Source of the DNA: Naegleria gruberi
Lineage: Eukaryota
Strand: one strand, 5' to 3'
NCBI GenBank assembly: GCA_000004985.1
Contig: GG738900.1
Length of the DNA stretch: 64,000 nucleotides
Shown here in pieces: positions 1 to 11,037 of the stretch. Position 1 is the stretch's first letter, and the number at the start of each line of letters is the position of its first letter. A program made the translations under genes and the position numbers. Below the pieces are notes generated by a model. That model did no database searches, was not told the DNA's origin, and was given only the letters and a program-made list of their open reading frames with translations.

Positions 1-8
1 CTGTTCCA

Positions 9-269
9 TTGCATAATAATAATAATATCAGACACTTGAAATCGATTGCAAAATATGTGGACCGTTTACTTGGTCGTTTTGTGATTCAAGCAAGCACTTG
101 GTTTATTCGTACAGTTTTGATGATCTTGGGTAGTTGTTGTGTGATGACAATTTTTCTGGTTGAAAAGAAACGCCGACAAGATATTAATGATTCAAGCAAT
201 AAGACAGACTATTTCACAGCTATTGGTACTATTAATCGGGCCATCTTCTTTTGCTTGGTTTGTGATTGA
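9..269 (+). CDS. Possible 3'-terminal coding fragment of a gene that starts upstream of the window. The frame is open from base 3. The product is a hydrophobic, Cys-rich tail with no recognisable domain.
   Basis: The frame is open to the window edge with no ATG (TTG at 9), and an NNNN tract is typical of this genome. There is no homology signal. Confidence 0.15.
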   Translation: MHNNNNIRHLKSIAKYVDRLLGRFVIQASTWFIRTVLMILGSCCVMTIFLVEKKRRQDINDSSNKTDYFTAIGTINRAIFFCLVCD

Positions 270-872
270 GAATACTTTTTAAAACAAGTATCGGTATTTC
301 TATCTTCTTTTTAACCATTGAGAGGAAGTCAAAGGACAAGTAACTTGATTTTGTATTTCTTCATGATGCTGATGATTAGAGAATTGGCTCTTTATATTGA
401 AAAACTTTTGGAGGAGGGTTGGTGAATTTGATGAGGATGATACTAGTTTTACAGCATTATGATGAGAGAACAATGTTGGAAATGTCTTCTCGGATAGCAA
501 CAAACTGTCATCATTAGTTGATGAAAACAAGCCTTCAAAGAAAGGTCAGAATGTTATTGACATGAATACATACCGGTATGTAGATAATGGATGGCGTTGT
601 TCAGATTAGAGTTATTGTGATACATTGTCGTTATTCTGTTGCTTTTTCTTTTAATTGAAACTTTAAATAGATGGTTTATAAAGATGTCCAAATGGAGAAT
701 GAGATGATAAATAAGGTGAAAAGTAAAGCCAGCTTTAAATATTGTCAAAACTAGCAAAGAAAAATATTTGTGAACGTTGCTGCAATAGATTTAAATGAAT
801 TATGAAAATAATGGAAAATGAAATGTGTTGAAATCCAACTAAAATTAAGATAATTTTTATCCCCATTGTGAA

Positions 873-946
873 GCCTTCCTAGCTCAGTTGGCAGTAGCGC
901 TGTCCTAGTAAGACAGAGGTCTTGGGTTCGATTCCCAAGGGAGGCA
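873..946 (+). tRNA. tRNA-Thr (anticodon AGU)
   Basis: Manual cloverleaf fold. The acceptor stem GCCUUCC/GGGAGGC is 7 bp with one G-U pair. The anticodon stem CUGUC/GACAG closes a loop CUAGUAA (U33, anticodon AGU, A37). The variable loop is 5 nt. The T-arm is UUGGG-UUCGAUU-CCCAA, with discriminator A. The D-arm is slightly atypical: a 3-bp stem plus a mismatch and a 9-nt loop. Confidence 0.8.
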
Positions 947-1269
947 AATTTTAATGTTAAATTAATTCATTCCAATTCAGCAACCTTTCTACTTTTTTTG
1001 TGCAGAATATCTCTTTTCAGCCACCCTTTCCAAATAAATATCTTGCTATCTGTTCTCAAGTAAATCCGTACTGCTGTCAACACAAATACACTTTTTCAAT
1101 TAATTAAAAAATAACTTTCATCAACCTCTGAATTTTTCTTCAAAAACGCAAACCTTTGAGTCTCAATAATACAGTTAATTGGGTGTGGCAATATTTCATC
1201 AACACTACCTTGGTGCATTCCTGTGATTCTCTTGTGAGAGTAGATTGAGAAAGTCTCACACAACAATTA

Positions 1270-3827
1270 ATGATGAACAACAATAACAAGGAAGGAGTTT
1301 CAACCTCTTCCTCACCGACTCACCAACCAACAACTACACCACCTCCTCCTCATAAAACCTTTTCAATGCCTCATATACCCTCCCTCTCCCTTCAGAAACT
1401 CTCCAATTCATCTTCATCAATATCCACTCAAGATGCTCCACCATCAACAACAACATCTTCATCCTCTTCCTCTCGAGGTCAAACCACACCAAGAACACTC
1501 TTTGAAAGTTTTAAGAGGAAACTTTCACGAGGTTTTCTAAGTCCACGTTCTTCCTCTCCTCCAACAACAAACAATCATAATAATAATTCGTCATCATCAA
1601 CATCAGCATCTCTATCATCATCTTCAAATAGTTTTGAACAACAAGCACAGACGAAACGAGCCACTTCATTCATGGTCGTGGAGGATGATCCAACTCTATT
1701 GAGTGTTCAACAACATACGACAACTGCCAACACCATGACAGATTATACACTCTCTCCACCTACTTCACCTCTTAATGGCATGCCAAATCATCACCACCAG
1801 AATCATCATAATCTTGGAGTTACGAGTCCAACCACTACAACAACGTCTTCCTTGTCGCCCTCTTCTCGAACAAGCTCATTCTCCTCAGTTTATTCTCTAT
1901 ATAATGGTTCGTCTTTGAATATGGGAAACTATTCGAATGGTGCCAATAATAACAATAGCAACCATACAACAATAATTACTCAGCAGAATTCATTCACGAC
2001 TACTACTCCAACAACACCATCCTCTCCAGGAACTAATAGCTCATCTTCTTCACTTTCTGGAAGTAATAAGAAGGCAAAGAAGAGAGGATCCTTTCTTTCA
2101 ATGATTACGAATGTAAAGGCTACAAGTGGTGGAAGTGTTGGAGGAGGTAGCTCACAACAGCCCAAATCTCAACCTCCCATTGATTCATTATTTGATGAGA
2201 CGAGAGCTGAATTGGAAGCTTCACCTAGAGTTGCAAATTCAAAGAAAAAGAAATCACTTTCGAATAGTTTTTCGAATTATGAAGAGGATTTATCAATCAA
2301 AACCAATAATTTGTTCAATAGGAGTAGAAACAGATCCAAGTCAGCTTCCAATCAATTGGATGTACCAAAAATTTCTTTATTCAATACAATTTCATCCAGT
2401 CCAAGTGCCAGTAATTCCCTTCTCACACCAAATGGTTCAGTTTTGAGTGATAATGGGTCACCATTTTCTGGACTCAATCCAGAATCACCCAAATCTGCAA
2501 CCTCACCACGAGTTTCATTTCAAAGATTGACTTTGGGAAGCGGAATTGACGATGCTCCTGAATATCTAGATACAACTGATGATGAATTTAGACAATTAAT
2601 GGATTCAGAAAATGGAAGAGAAATTTTCTTTGCATTCATCCAGAAACATTCTCATTCTGAACAAATTGAATTTCTACAAGAAACCATTCGTCTCTATCAG
2701 GTAAGTTTCATCGATATTTGAGTGATATTAATATCTATCTATTCGAATGATTTATTTTCTTGAAATTTATTGAATATGTTAATTGAACTATTTAATTTTT
2801 ATGCAAATATATATAGGATAATGCCTCCGTTCTTCCAAAATGTACATCACCAAGCTCCAATGCTCATATCCATGAAAATACACCATTCTCTGTCTCATTG
2901 CCTGATAATGGAGACAATCAATTGGGTAGATGTTTATCTCCTCCTTCAAGTAGCAGTTTTATTGGTAGCTCATCATTGTACGATTCTACTTTTGAAAGTC
3001 AATCATCAGTGCCTCATTTCTCCTCTTCCATCTCCTCGATTGGTACTCTCAAAAAGGTGATTTCCAAGAACAAACTCTCCAAACAATCGTCCACTATTGA
3101 GGATAAGTCCCTCATTTCAACCTCTGAAATTTTAATGAGATACAAACAACAAAAATTGCAAACAATTCAACAATCAATCATTTCACAACCATCCCAACAA
3201 CCTCATGTATTTTTCGGATTTAATTTGTATCATATTGACAATCTTGTAAATAAGTTCATTCTCGAACATTCACCCAAAGAATTGAATTTGAGCAAGAGAC
3301 AACGACAAAAAGTTTTGGATCTTTTCGAAAAGCTAAAGAATGAAAAACTAGAATTTTTAAATAGAGAAGTTTATGTAGAAGGTGCAGGAGTTAAAAAAAT
3401 TCCCTATACATTATATACTGACATTCTAGTGACCGAGGAAGAATTTGTTGAAATTTTTAGAGAGATTATCAGTGTTATTAATTTACAATTGAAATTGGAA
3501 TGTTTCAGAGAATTTAGACGATCTAAAGAATATCTAGATGTAATCTTGTGCAATATGGGAGATGTCATTGGTGTGGCCAGTGTAGTTGGTAGCATGAGTC
3601 AGGATAAATTAGAAGCTCTGGTCTCTCCTCGAAGACACATTCTTAATCGTCTAGGAAAATCACGTCGATTATCAGAAGCAGATCTAGGAAAATCTGAATT
3701 CTCTCCCTATCCATTCGGCGAACGTGGTCAATCCAATATCAAAACTCCTAGAACCATGATGAGAAATATGAAAAATCCTCTAGAGCTCTTCCAGTTATTT
3801 GCCAACATTCATCCTCACCACAGATAA
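1270..3827 (+). CDS. RGS (regulator of G-protein signalling) domain protein, about 813 aa. Exons are 1270..2700 and 2817..3827 (intron 2701..2816, GTAAGT...TATAG). The N-terminal half is a long S/T/P/N-rich low-complexity region.
   Basis: Exon 1 ends with ...FRQLMDSENGREIFFAFIQKHSHSEQIEFLQETIRLYQ, the N-terminal half of an RGS box (compare [21 protein letters not shown]). The C-terminal RGS helices (...LECFREFRRSKEYLDVI, compare YPRFLKSDLYLDL) reappear about 230 residues later in exon 2. The intron leaves both exons in phase 0 and keeps one continuous frame. Confidence 0.7.
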
Positions 3828-3938
3828 CAACAGCACAACTTCTTTATCATGTGAGCAAGTTTTCTCCAATAAACAGAATAGCTTTCATTTACATCATTAA
3901 GACCACAAAGCCGTTTCACAAATCATCTGTTAAAAAAA

Positions 3939-5104
3939 ATGTCGGCAAATAAACTAACACGAAATCCTCTCAGCTGTGCAATGGTGTTGATAATTTGCAT
4001 CCACATGCTCAGTCAGGTAATGATGATGGTAGAATGTGGACAAACCACCATTAAATATGCCTCCTTTAATATTCAAGTATTCGGACAAACAAAACTTCAA
4101 AAAACCGATGTTGTGGATGTTCTGATGAGAATTGTTTCACAATATGATTTGATATTTGTGATGGAGGTGAGAGATAGTTCCAATACCACCATTCAAAGTT
4201 TTACATCACAATTAAATAATTATGTGAAAAATTATAGATATGATTTTCAATTGAGTGAAAGATTGGGAAGAACATCGAGTAAGGAACAATATGCATTCTT
4301 ATATAATCCAGAGAAGGTGAAATTTGTCAAGACATTGCAATATATTGATACAAATGATTGGTTTGAGAGACCACCTTATACGTAAGTGTATTGATTTTGG
4401 ACTTGTGTGTTTATTGAGTCGACGAATGTGGTCTGTTATATCAATATTAATAATTTGGAAATGATTCAATTTATTTGAAATTGGAATGAAATTTAATATA
4501 TAGATTTGTGTTCCAATCAGCAGTTGTTTCAAACTCTCCTCAATTTGCAATTACAGGATGCCATATTAAGCCAGAAGCTGCTGTTGATGAAATGTCTAAA
4601 TTGGTCAATGTTACTGATTCATATTCGAGTGAAACATTTTATCCTAATGTTATTCTTTCAGGCGATTTCAATGCAGGTTGCTCATATGTTTCCAATTCTC
4701 AATGGTCACAAGTAGCTCTCAGAACTGACACCAGATTTTCATGGCTCATATCAGATCAAGCGGATACAACTGTTGCTGTTTCCTCATGTCCATATGATCG
4801 TTTTGTTATTTTCCAAAATGCTGCCAAGAGAAATATTACTACTGGAGACGGTTTTGAATATTCCAATGTTGGCATTTTCAGATTTGATAGTGAGTATGGT
4901 TTTAACACAACCTATGCCGCCACTGTAAGTGATCACTATCCAATTTACATGTCGATCAATGTGAAAACTCCAACTCCTACCACTAGCTCATCAGTAATTA
5001 TTCCAAAGAATAGTACTATTGTTCTTTCTCAAGCCAATTCGCAACTTTCTGCGTACATTGGATATTTGATCATGTTCATTTGTCTTTGTTTTGTTCAAAT
5101 GTAA
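3939..5104 (+). CDS. Deoxyribonuclease I (DNase I family) precursor, secreted. Exons are 3939..4381 and 4504..5104 (intron 4382..4503, phase 2).
   Basis: The N-terminal signal peptide is followed by IKYASFNIQVFG, YDLIFVMEVRD and LGRTSSKEQYAFLY. Exon 2 carries SGDFNAGCSYV, WLISDQADTTV, CPYDRFVI and SDHYPIYMSI. These motifs are collinear with mammalian DNase I catalytic motifs (MGDFNAGCSYV, DTTA..CAYDRIVV, SDHYPVEV). The C-terminus is a hydrophobic stretch (YIGYLIMFICLCFVQM). Confidence 0.85.
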
Positions 5105-5549
5105 TTAAATTCAAATGATATTCGTTAACTAGGGAAAAACTGTGGAAAAATATTTTGTAACACCTTATAACTTCACATGTTCCATGGTATTCTATGGTAT
5201 TCAATGTTGAAATCAAACTGAAATTCTTAATTTGTTGGTCTTTTCAATTGGAATTTGAACTTCCTTAAATTCTAGAACCTTAAGCAACTTGGATTTCAAA
5301 AACGTTCAAACTCGATTTAGAATTCAATCCAACAATGACTATGAAAAAATTGCCTCTTGAACAAAATTCCATCAAACACCAAACCTTTATAAATAAAAAC
5401 AACTACAATTCAACAACCTTAACGTACCGATTGTTGACAAAGTTTCTCTCTAATTTGCTTTCAATTACCGTTGAAATACGTTCGATTTTAGAATGGTATT
5501 GTCGACTTTTTAATGTATAGCGGACAATACATCAATTTTGGTGTTTTAT

Positions 5550-5635
5550 ACAAAAGTGATGAGATACAAGTGCACAAAGAATCTTCAAGCCTATTGTTAG
5601 CGTCGCCGTTTTGCCTGAGGTCTGCTGATTTTTTG
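5550..5635 (+). ncRNA. Candidate box C/D snoRNA, about 85 nt.
   Basis: A C box GUGAUGA lies at 5556-5562 and a D box CUGA at 5625-5628. These are flanked by a potential terminal stem (CAAAA at 5551-5555 pairing with UUUUG at 5631-5635) and followed by a T6 run. The element sits in an otherwise GC-richer island within an AT-rich intergenic region. Confidence 0.25.
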
Positions 5636-6093
5636 CGCTTCACTCATAAATTCAAGTCTGCTCTTCGTCATGATGGAAACCAAGTATAAAAAATTAATAA
5701 ACGTTCCTCACGGTTCTGTAGGATCGATTACCTTGCTTTAAACTTCCTCACTCTAGGTGTGTGTTGTTGAGCTCAACGCTGCATTTGTTGTTTGTTTGGT
5801 TGCTGAAATTTCTCTCCTTTTTTTGCTCTTTGTAAGGCTGCATTATACAATTCCCATATATCATTCACATCTCTCTCTAGTAATTATTACTACTATTCAA
5901 TTACACGAAACAACATCATATTTAATACGATAACATACACAATATTCAATCATCAACAACAACACAATTGAAACAACAATTCATTACCCATTTTTCTAAA
6001 ATCAAGTCATTACTCATCAACTAGGATTTTGCATAATATTATCACAAAATATCTTAGACCACACAATTAATTGAAAAAATCATCAACATTGAA

Positions 6094-7617
6094 ATGTCTT
6101 CCTCACTTACTATTGAAGTTGTAGAAGAAGGTACATCCGATTTGGATTTTCTAACAATGACACCATCAAATTTTGATTTTACAAGTGACAGTTTACCTTC
6201 CTTCTCCAATTGTATTGATTTTTGTCCCAATCCATCCCTTTTACCACCAATTATCAACACTTTCCGTCAAGAAACTACTGACAATCCTCCCACCAATGCA
6301 GCTTATTTCCCCAATCTTTCCTCCGAATTACTTACAAAACAGCAACCAAAGCGTAGAGTTACCAACAACCAAAGTTTTGATAGAAGAACAATTGACTTGC
6401 ATCCTACAAAAAATCTATCCTCACTTTCTCACAAAAAATCCGAATCCATTGGAGTTTCAAATTCCGTTCCTCAATTTTCCCCTCCGACAGAAGGTGTGAA
6501 TTCTGTAAAGATCCCAACAAGTGGTACCACAACTCAACCACAACGTTCAAAGCTTAGAAGACTTAGAAAGCCAATGAACAATACCAAAAAGTCATCAAGT
6601 CCTACCTCACTTCCAGCTCAGACTTCAAATCTTTCTATCGATACCAATACTGGTTTTGATTATTCACAAAGATTGAAGACTCCTAGTAGCTCTAGTGTGA
6701 ATAGTGAAACTTATCCATTATTCCCTGAAAACTCTAACACTTCTCAAGTTGACCAATCCATTGACGAAGATGATGTCTTCTTGAAGGAGGAAGAAATCAC
6801 TGAATATTGTAGTGATAGAGTTAACTATTCTGCTAGTGCTTTTGACTCTTATCAACTTGAAGATATGGATTCTCAAGATATGTTTGATAGTTTCACACCA
6901 ATTATCTTGCATTCTGAAGATCCATTCATGGATGATGAAGAAGTCACCAATGCCTTCTTGTATTCACAACCTCAACATAATATGGATACTTTGAATGGTA
7001 TTGTTATTCCATCTCCTCTATTGATGACTCAACCAAACAATCCCTCTTCCTTATTGCCTCACTACATTCCACCAATCCAAGATAAGAGCATTGCTGACAA
7101 GTCTAAAAAATCCCTTAGAAGACCTTCTAAAAACAAATCATCTCAAAAACCAATTTTACCTTCCAATTTGAGAAATGAAGTTTTTCCTTCCTTGATTAGG
7201 GTTGAATCAAAAGAGACAGTACAATCTACTGCCTCCGATTTAAGTGAAAGTTCTTCACAAACTTCTATTCCATCTAGAAGCAAATCTCAAGCTATCCACC
7301 ACTCAAATAGTGGTGTTTCAAATGTTCAAACCCACTCAAAACCTAAGCAACCAGACAATCCTAACAAACAAATTACCTTTTGTGACAGTGGATATGAATT
7401 GCCAGCAACCAAAAAATCAACACCTACTCCTCAAATTCAGTTCGTTTCAAACACCCCAAAGGCTCCACAAGGTATTTCCAAACCATGTAAGATGTCTACA
7501 TCTAGTGGTTGGAAGTTCCACAACTTTGACAGAGAGAAGCAACCAATTAGAGATTCTAGTGGTTTGACCTATCACTTTTATCAACCAAAGTCAAAAATTG
7601 CTGCTACAACTCAATAA
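6094..7617 (+). CDS. Hypothetical S/T/P-rich low-complexity protein, 507 aa, with no recognisable domain.
   Basis: A long ORF with a proper ATG, codon usage like its neighbours, basic patches (KLRRLRK, KKSLRRPSKNKS) and serine/threonine-rich composition. Confidence 0.4.
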   Translation: MSSSLTIEVVEEGTSDLDFLTMTPSNFDFTSDSLPSFSNCIDFCPNPSLLPPIINTFRQETTDNPPTNAAYFPNLSSELLTKQQPKRRVTNNQSFDRRTIDLHPTKNLSSLSHKKSESIGVSNSVPQFSPPTEGVNSVKIPTSGTTTQPQRSKLRRLRKPMNNTKKSSSPTSLPAQTSNLSIDTNTGFDYSQRLKTPSSSSVNSETYPLFPENSNTSQVDQSIDEDDVFLKEEEITEYCSDRVNYSASAFDSYQLEDMDSQDMFDSFTPIILHSEDPFMDDEEVTNAFLYSQPQHNMDTLNGIVIPSPLLMTQPNNPSSLLPHYIPPIQDKSIADKSKKSLRRPSKNKSSQKPILPSNLRNEVFPSLIRVESKETVQSTASDLSESSSQTSIPSRSKSQAIHHSNSGVSNVQTHSKPKQPDNPNKQITFCDSGYELPATKKSTPTPQIQFVSNTPKAPQGISKPCKMSTSSGWKFHNFDREKQPIRDSSGLTYHFYQPKSKIAATTQ

Positions 7618-7655
7618 AGCATTTTTGAAAGTTAATTTATTTTTCATTTCACACT

Positions 7656-8756
7656 CTACCTTACAATCACATCTGGATCGACATGAGGTTTTTTTCTCGT
7701 TTTGGCAAAACTGGAAATCTCCACAAGACCATTGTATGGTTTCTTAGTATTTCCATGGAAGAAGGGCTTTTTGGCTGTTGGTGTATGAGTTGTTGGATTG
7801 TATCGTTTTGAATAGGAATGAGGAGAAATGTTTTGAACACCATGCACTTTTGAAAATATGAAACCACTGAGAGCTGTACATGATATTGTGGGTGTAGTAT
7901 TGGGTTTACCTTGAGGCATGTGATGGTAATGTTCTCGTTCAAGTGTTGTGTTTAAAATTGCACTGTTAATCGTCCTTTGATGATTGTCATGAGCTAGTGA
8001 AAGGGTATTATTATGTTTGTCAAAGACAATATCTTTCTTTTGATGAATGTTGGGTAATCTTGTTTGGGGGTGATGTATTGGAGATGACAAAACTTGTGAG
8101 TTGGCAACAGAACTCACAATGCTATTATTTACAGATCTAATGTTGGCCTTTTCAATTTCTAGAGAATTATTCAATGTCTCTAAATTATTTCTATCATTTC
8201 GAATATCCATGGATTGGAGATGGGCCTCATATTTGGGTGGCCTTATTTGACTTGATTTGTTGCTCGAGTTTAAAGGTGTGGGTGATACAGACCTGTAATG
8301 CTGATCGAATGCTTCCTTATTTTCGATTTGATAAAAACTCATTGAAGGCATTACAATATCATAGGTAATCTTCTTAACAGATGGATCCTGCTGACTCTGA
8401 ACAATATTCGAAATGGCTTCCCTTTTAGAAGGAGAAAACACATTTCCAGTATTGATTCTGACTACTTGAGAGCTTGACACTGAACTATCACCAGGAAAGT
8501 AAGAAGAAGACGTATCGAGGGAATTTCTGGGAGAGTCTTGATTATTTCCATATTGTTGCTGTTGTTGTTGTTGAATTAGAGCTCTTCTTGATATTGTCTC
8601 TTTCTGAGGAGGAGCAATATCGATAGAAGAACCCTCAAGACTTAAACTTCCTCTCTTCTTTTCAACTACAACAGGGGCATGGAATTGAACATCTTCTAGA
8701 ACCATTCCTCCATTATTTGTCAGTGAAGTATTGAAGGTAATTCTGGCTTCATCCAC
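7656..8756 (-). CDS. Hypothetical low-complexity protein (Q/S/N-rich). The 5' end is uncertain. The frame is open upstream to about 8822 with no in-frame ATG, and the first in-frame ATG corresponds to MVLEDVQFHAP.
   Basis: A 1.1-kb ORF. The listed start is GTG, so the true start is either the internal ATG or an unrecognised upstream exon. Confidence 0.35.
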   Translation of the reverse strand: MDEARITFNTSLTNNGGMVLEDVQFHAPVVVEKKRGSLSLEGSSIDIAPPQKETISRRALIQQQQQQQYGNNQDSPRNSLDTSSSYFPGDSSVSSSQVVRINTGNVFSPSKREAISNIVQSQQDPSVKKITYDIVMPSMSFYQIENKEAFDQHYRSVSPTPLNSSNKSSQIRPPKYEAHLQSMDIRNDRNNLETLNNSLEIEKANIRSVNNSIVSSVANSQVLSSPIHHPQTRLPNIHQKKDIVFDKHNNTLSLAHDNHQRTINSAILNTTLEREHYHHMPQGKPNTTPTISCTALSGFIFSKVHGVQNISPHSYSKRYNPTTHTPTAKKPFFHGNTKKPYNGLVEISSFAKTRKKPHVDPDVIVR

Positions 8757-9474
8757 TGGGTGATGTTTTTTCTTATTAGGAGGTTGATTAAGGATTGTTG
8801 TCCACTCATATTTGAAAAGATGATAAACTCAAAGCGCTTCCATCACACAATACATAAAGAATGTTCTTGCTGATAGTGAGGCACTTTTTTGCTGCTGCTT
8901 TTTAAAGCTGTTATTCTTGACTTGTATGGATGTTGATGTTGGTTCAACAATGTCTCTTGGGCTATTAATATGTTCAATAGTAATATTACTTCTTCTTGAT
9001 GATTCTCCTCTTCTAATAGGGAATGCAATGGGAGAATAAGGCTCTGACCTTCAGCGGAATGCTTTTTCAAAGAAGTAATAAGAGACTCACAGAGAGTGTT
9101 TTAATAAATGTGCTCCTTCTTCTAAGAGTTTGTGTCTCAATGAAATGGACCTCTCCTCTTTTTTTATTTAGATAAAATCGAATGCACACAACAGTGGAGA
9201 TAAATAAGCTACAACAGTTGAGTGGTGCTTATAATAACGAACCACAATGCAATGGAATGCAGCTGCTTTTATGTTCGCCTATTGAGAACTACATGTAAAT
9301 TGGGTTGAGTATTTTTAAATGGACAATTTAGAGGTATATTATTGGGATGAACTGTTTACTATTTAAGAGGTCTTTAACACTTTTATTGTAATAACTATTA
9401 AATACATAAATATATTTATTTCCAAATTTTCATTGTAAAAAACAAAAATCTTCTTCAAAACACAAGAAAAAAAA

Positions 9475-10878
9475 ATGGTCGAACACACACTCCAATTTCC
9501 ACAATCCATACAGGATCTTGTCGAGGTTAGCCATCTTCAATTTGTAAATTTTGATCGGAGGGTAGTTTCTACGAGGAGTATGGATGCAGTGGTGATCAAT
9601 GATGATCATTTTGGTGATGAACCCGATGATTATCACTATTTATTGTCTTCTCACTATGATGGAACTATTTGTTGTTTTAAAATTGGTGGAGCAACCAAGG
9701 GTACTAAATTACACTCCTCCTTCTTGTTTCAATTTAAAACAAGTGAGGAGGAAGATGTTGGAGTGTTGTACTTTGATGTGGATAGATCGAGTGGTGCTGT
9801 CTATAGTGCTAATACGGATGGAACTGTTCGTGTTCATTATCCTTTCAAATCGGTACAACAATTGATCAAGTCAAATATTGTTGATTGCTCTGATGATATT
9901 GCTAGTAATTCGGGAAGTAATTTCTTGTATGATTTAAAATCGAGAGAGGAGAGAGCAGTTTATATGGATTTTTTGGGATCAGATCAGGCAGAGTATTGGA
10001 AACTTTGTGATTCGAATAGCTTACAGCAAATGGATGAAACTGATGATTCGGAGAGTGTGGAAAAGACCAGTTTTAAAAAGTTTTTAGCTTCAAAGAAAGT
10101 ACTTGTTGACAAGAGCAATTTAATGCATGTGAATAATAGAATAATTGGAAGACACAATGATGCTGTAAATCATGTTTTCTATATTGAAGAAATTGGATGT
10201 GTTGCGAGTGCATCGTGGGATGGTTTTCTTAAATATTGGGATATTAATGATGATAGTTGTCAACCACTGCTACAATTGGATTTGAAAGGAACAGTTCATG
10301 CAATGGATGTACATTTTCCTCTTCTTATCATTACTACAGCACCAAGAAATATTATCCTCTTTGACTTGACAATGCCTCATATACCTGTCAAGATTTGGAA
10401 AAGTAATCTGAAATGTGAAACTCAAAAACATTGTCTCAAATTCTTTTCTGACAGATTTGGGTTTATTATATCAACAATTGAGGGAAGAGCTGCCATTCAC
10501 CATATGGACAGCAAGAATGTGTCCAGTAATTTCATTTTCAAATGTCACAGAACTGCCAACGATGTGTTTGCACCAAATTCAATAGATTTTAACCCTTTGC
10601 ATGGCACATTTTCTACAACTGGAGCTGATAAGAAGGCATACTTTTGGGATAAGGATTCCAAGCAAAAAATCTACACCACTCCTAACACAGCAAGAGAGGT
10701 AGGTGTTGGAAAGTTCAGTCAAGATGGTTCATTATTTGCCTACGTTGTTCAATATGATTATTCTAAAGGAAAATATGGCCTTGACAGTACTTCTACTGCT
10801 GAGAAGGTCGCCATTCATCTTCACAAAATGCTACCGGCAGAAATTGAAAATAGAGGTAAGTTTTTAACTTCATTCTAA
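9475..10878 (+). CDS. Bub3-family WD40 repeat protein (mitotic checkpoint Bub3 / Rae1-like) with an extended, insert-rich N-terminal half.
   Basis: The C-terminal half is collinear with Bub3: ASWDGFLKYWD (compare GSWDQTVKLWD), STIEGRAAIHHMD (compare SSIEGRVAVEYLD), FIFKCHR...NSIDFNPLHGTFSTTGADKKAYFWD (compare YAFKCHR...[26 protein letters not shown]) and SQDGSLFAYVVQYDY (compare SNDGTTLAIASSY). A GTAAGT at 10857, just before the stop, may indicate an alternative short terminal exon. Confidence 0.7.
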   Translation: MVEHTLQFPQSIQDLVEVSHLQFVNFDRRVVSTRSMDAVVINDDHFGDEPDDYHYLLSSHYDGTICCFKIGGATKGTKLHSSFLFQFKTSEEEDVGVLYFDVDRSSGAVYSANTDGTVRVHYPFKSVQQLIKSNIVDCSDDIASNSGSNFLYDLKSREERAVYMDFLGSDQAEYWKLCDSNSLQQMDETDDSESVEKTSFKKFLASKKVLVDKSNLMHVNNRIIGRHNDAVNHVFYIEEIGCVASASWDGFLKYWDINDDSCQPLLQLDLKGTVHAMDVHFPLLIITTAPRNIILFDLTMPHIPVKIWKSNLKCETQKHCLKFFSDRFGFIISTIEGRAAIHHMDSKNVSSNFIFKCHRTANDVFAPNSIDFNPLHGTFSTTGADKKAYFWDKDSKQKIYTTPNTAREVGVGKFSQDGSLFAYVVQYDYSKGKYGLDSTSTAEKVAIHLHKMLPAEIENRGKFLTSF

Positions 10879-11037
10879 ATATTCATTAACTCAAATCCAG
10901 TTGGTCCATTTTACCAAGACCACAACACGTTTAGAAATTTCATGTTGTAGAAGTTTACCCAATTTGGAAAATATACGAAACTGGTGCTAATCTTTTACTG
11001 GTGAATCAATTAGCATAATCAATCATCACTAGAAAAA

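Noticed and set aside
300-757. Minus-strand ORFs 300..530 and 554..757 near the window start.
   Set aside because: They are short, lie in an AT-rich region next to tRNA-Thr, have no ATG context or domain signal, and are probably non-coding.
873-946. Possible retrotransposon (TRE-type) insertions near the two tRNA genes, as is common in dictyostelid genomes.
   Set aside because: The flanks of both tRNA genes are short unique AT-rich spacers next to ordinary genes. There are no long ORFs, LTRs or poly-A-tailed elements.
8843-9070. A 75-aa minus-strand ORF upstream of the 7656..8756 gene, considered as a possible 5' exon of that gene.
   Set aside because: No donor/acceptor pair joins it in frame to the downstream ORF and it has no domain signal. 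The question is left open.
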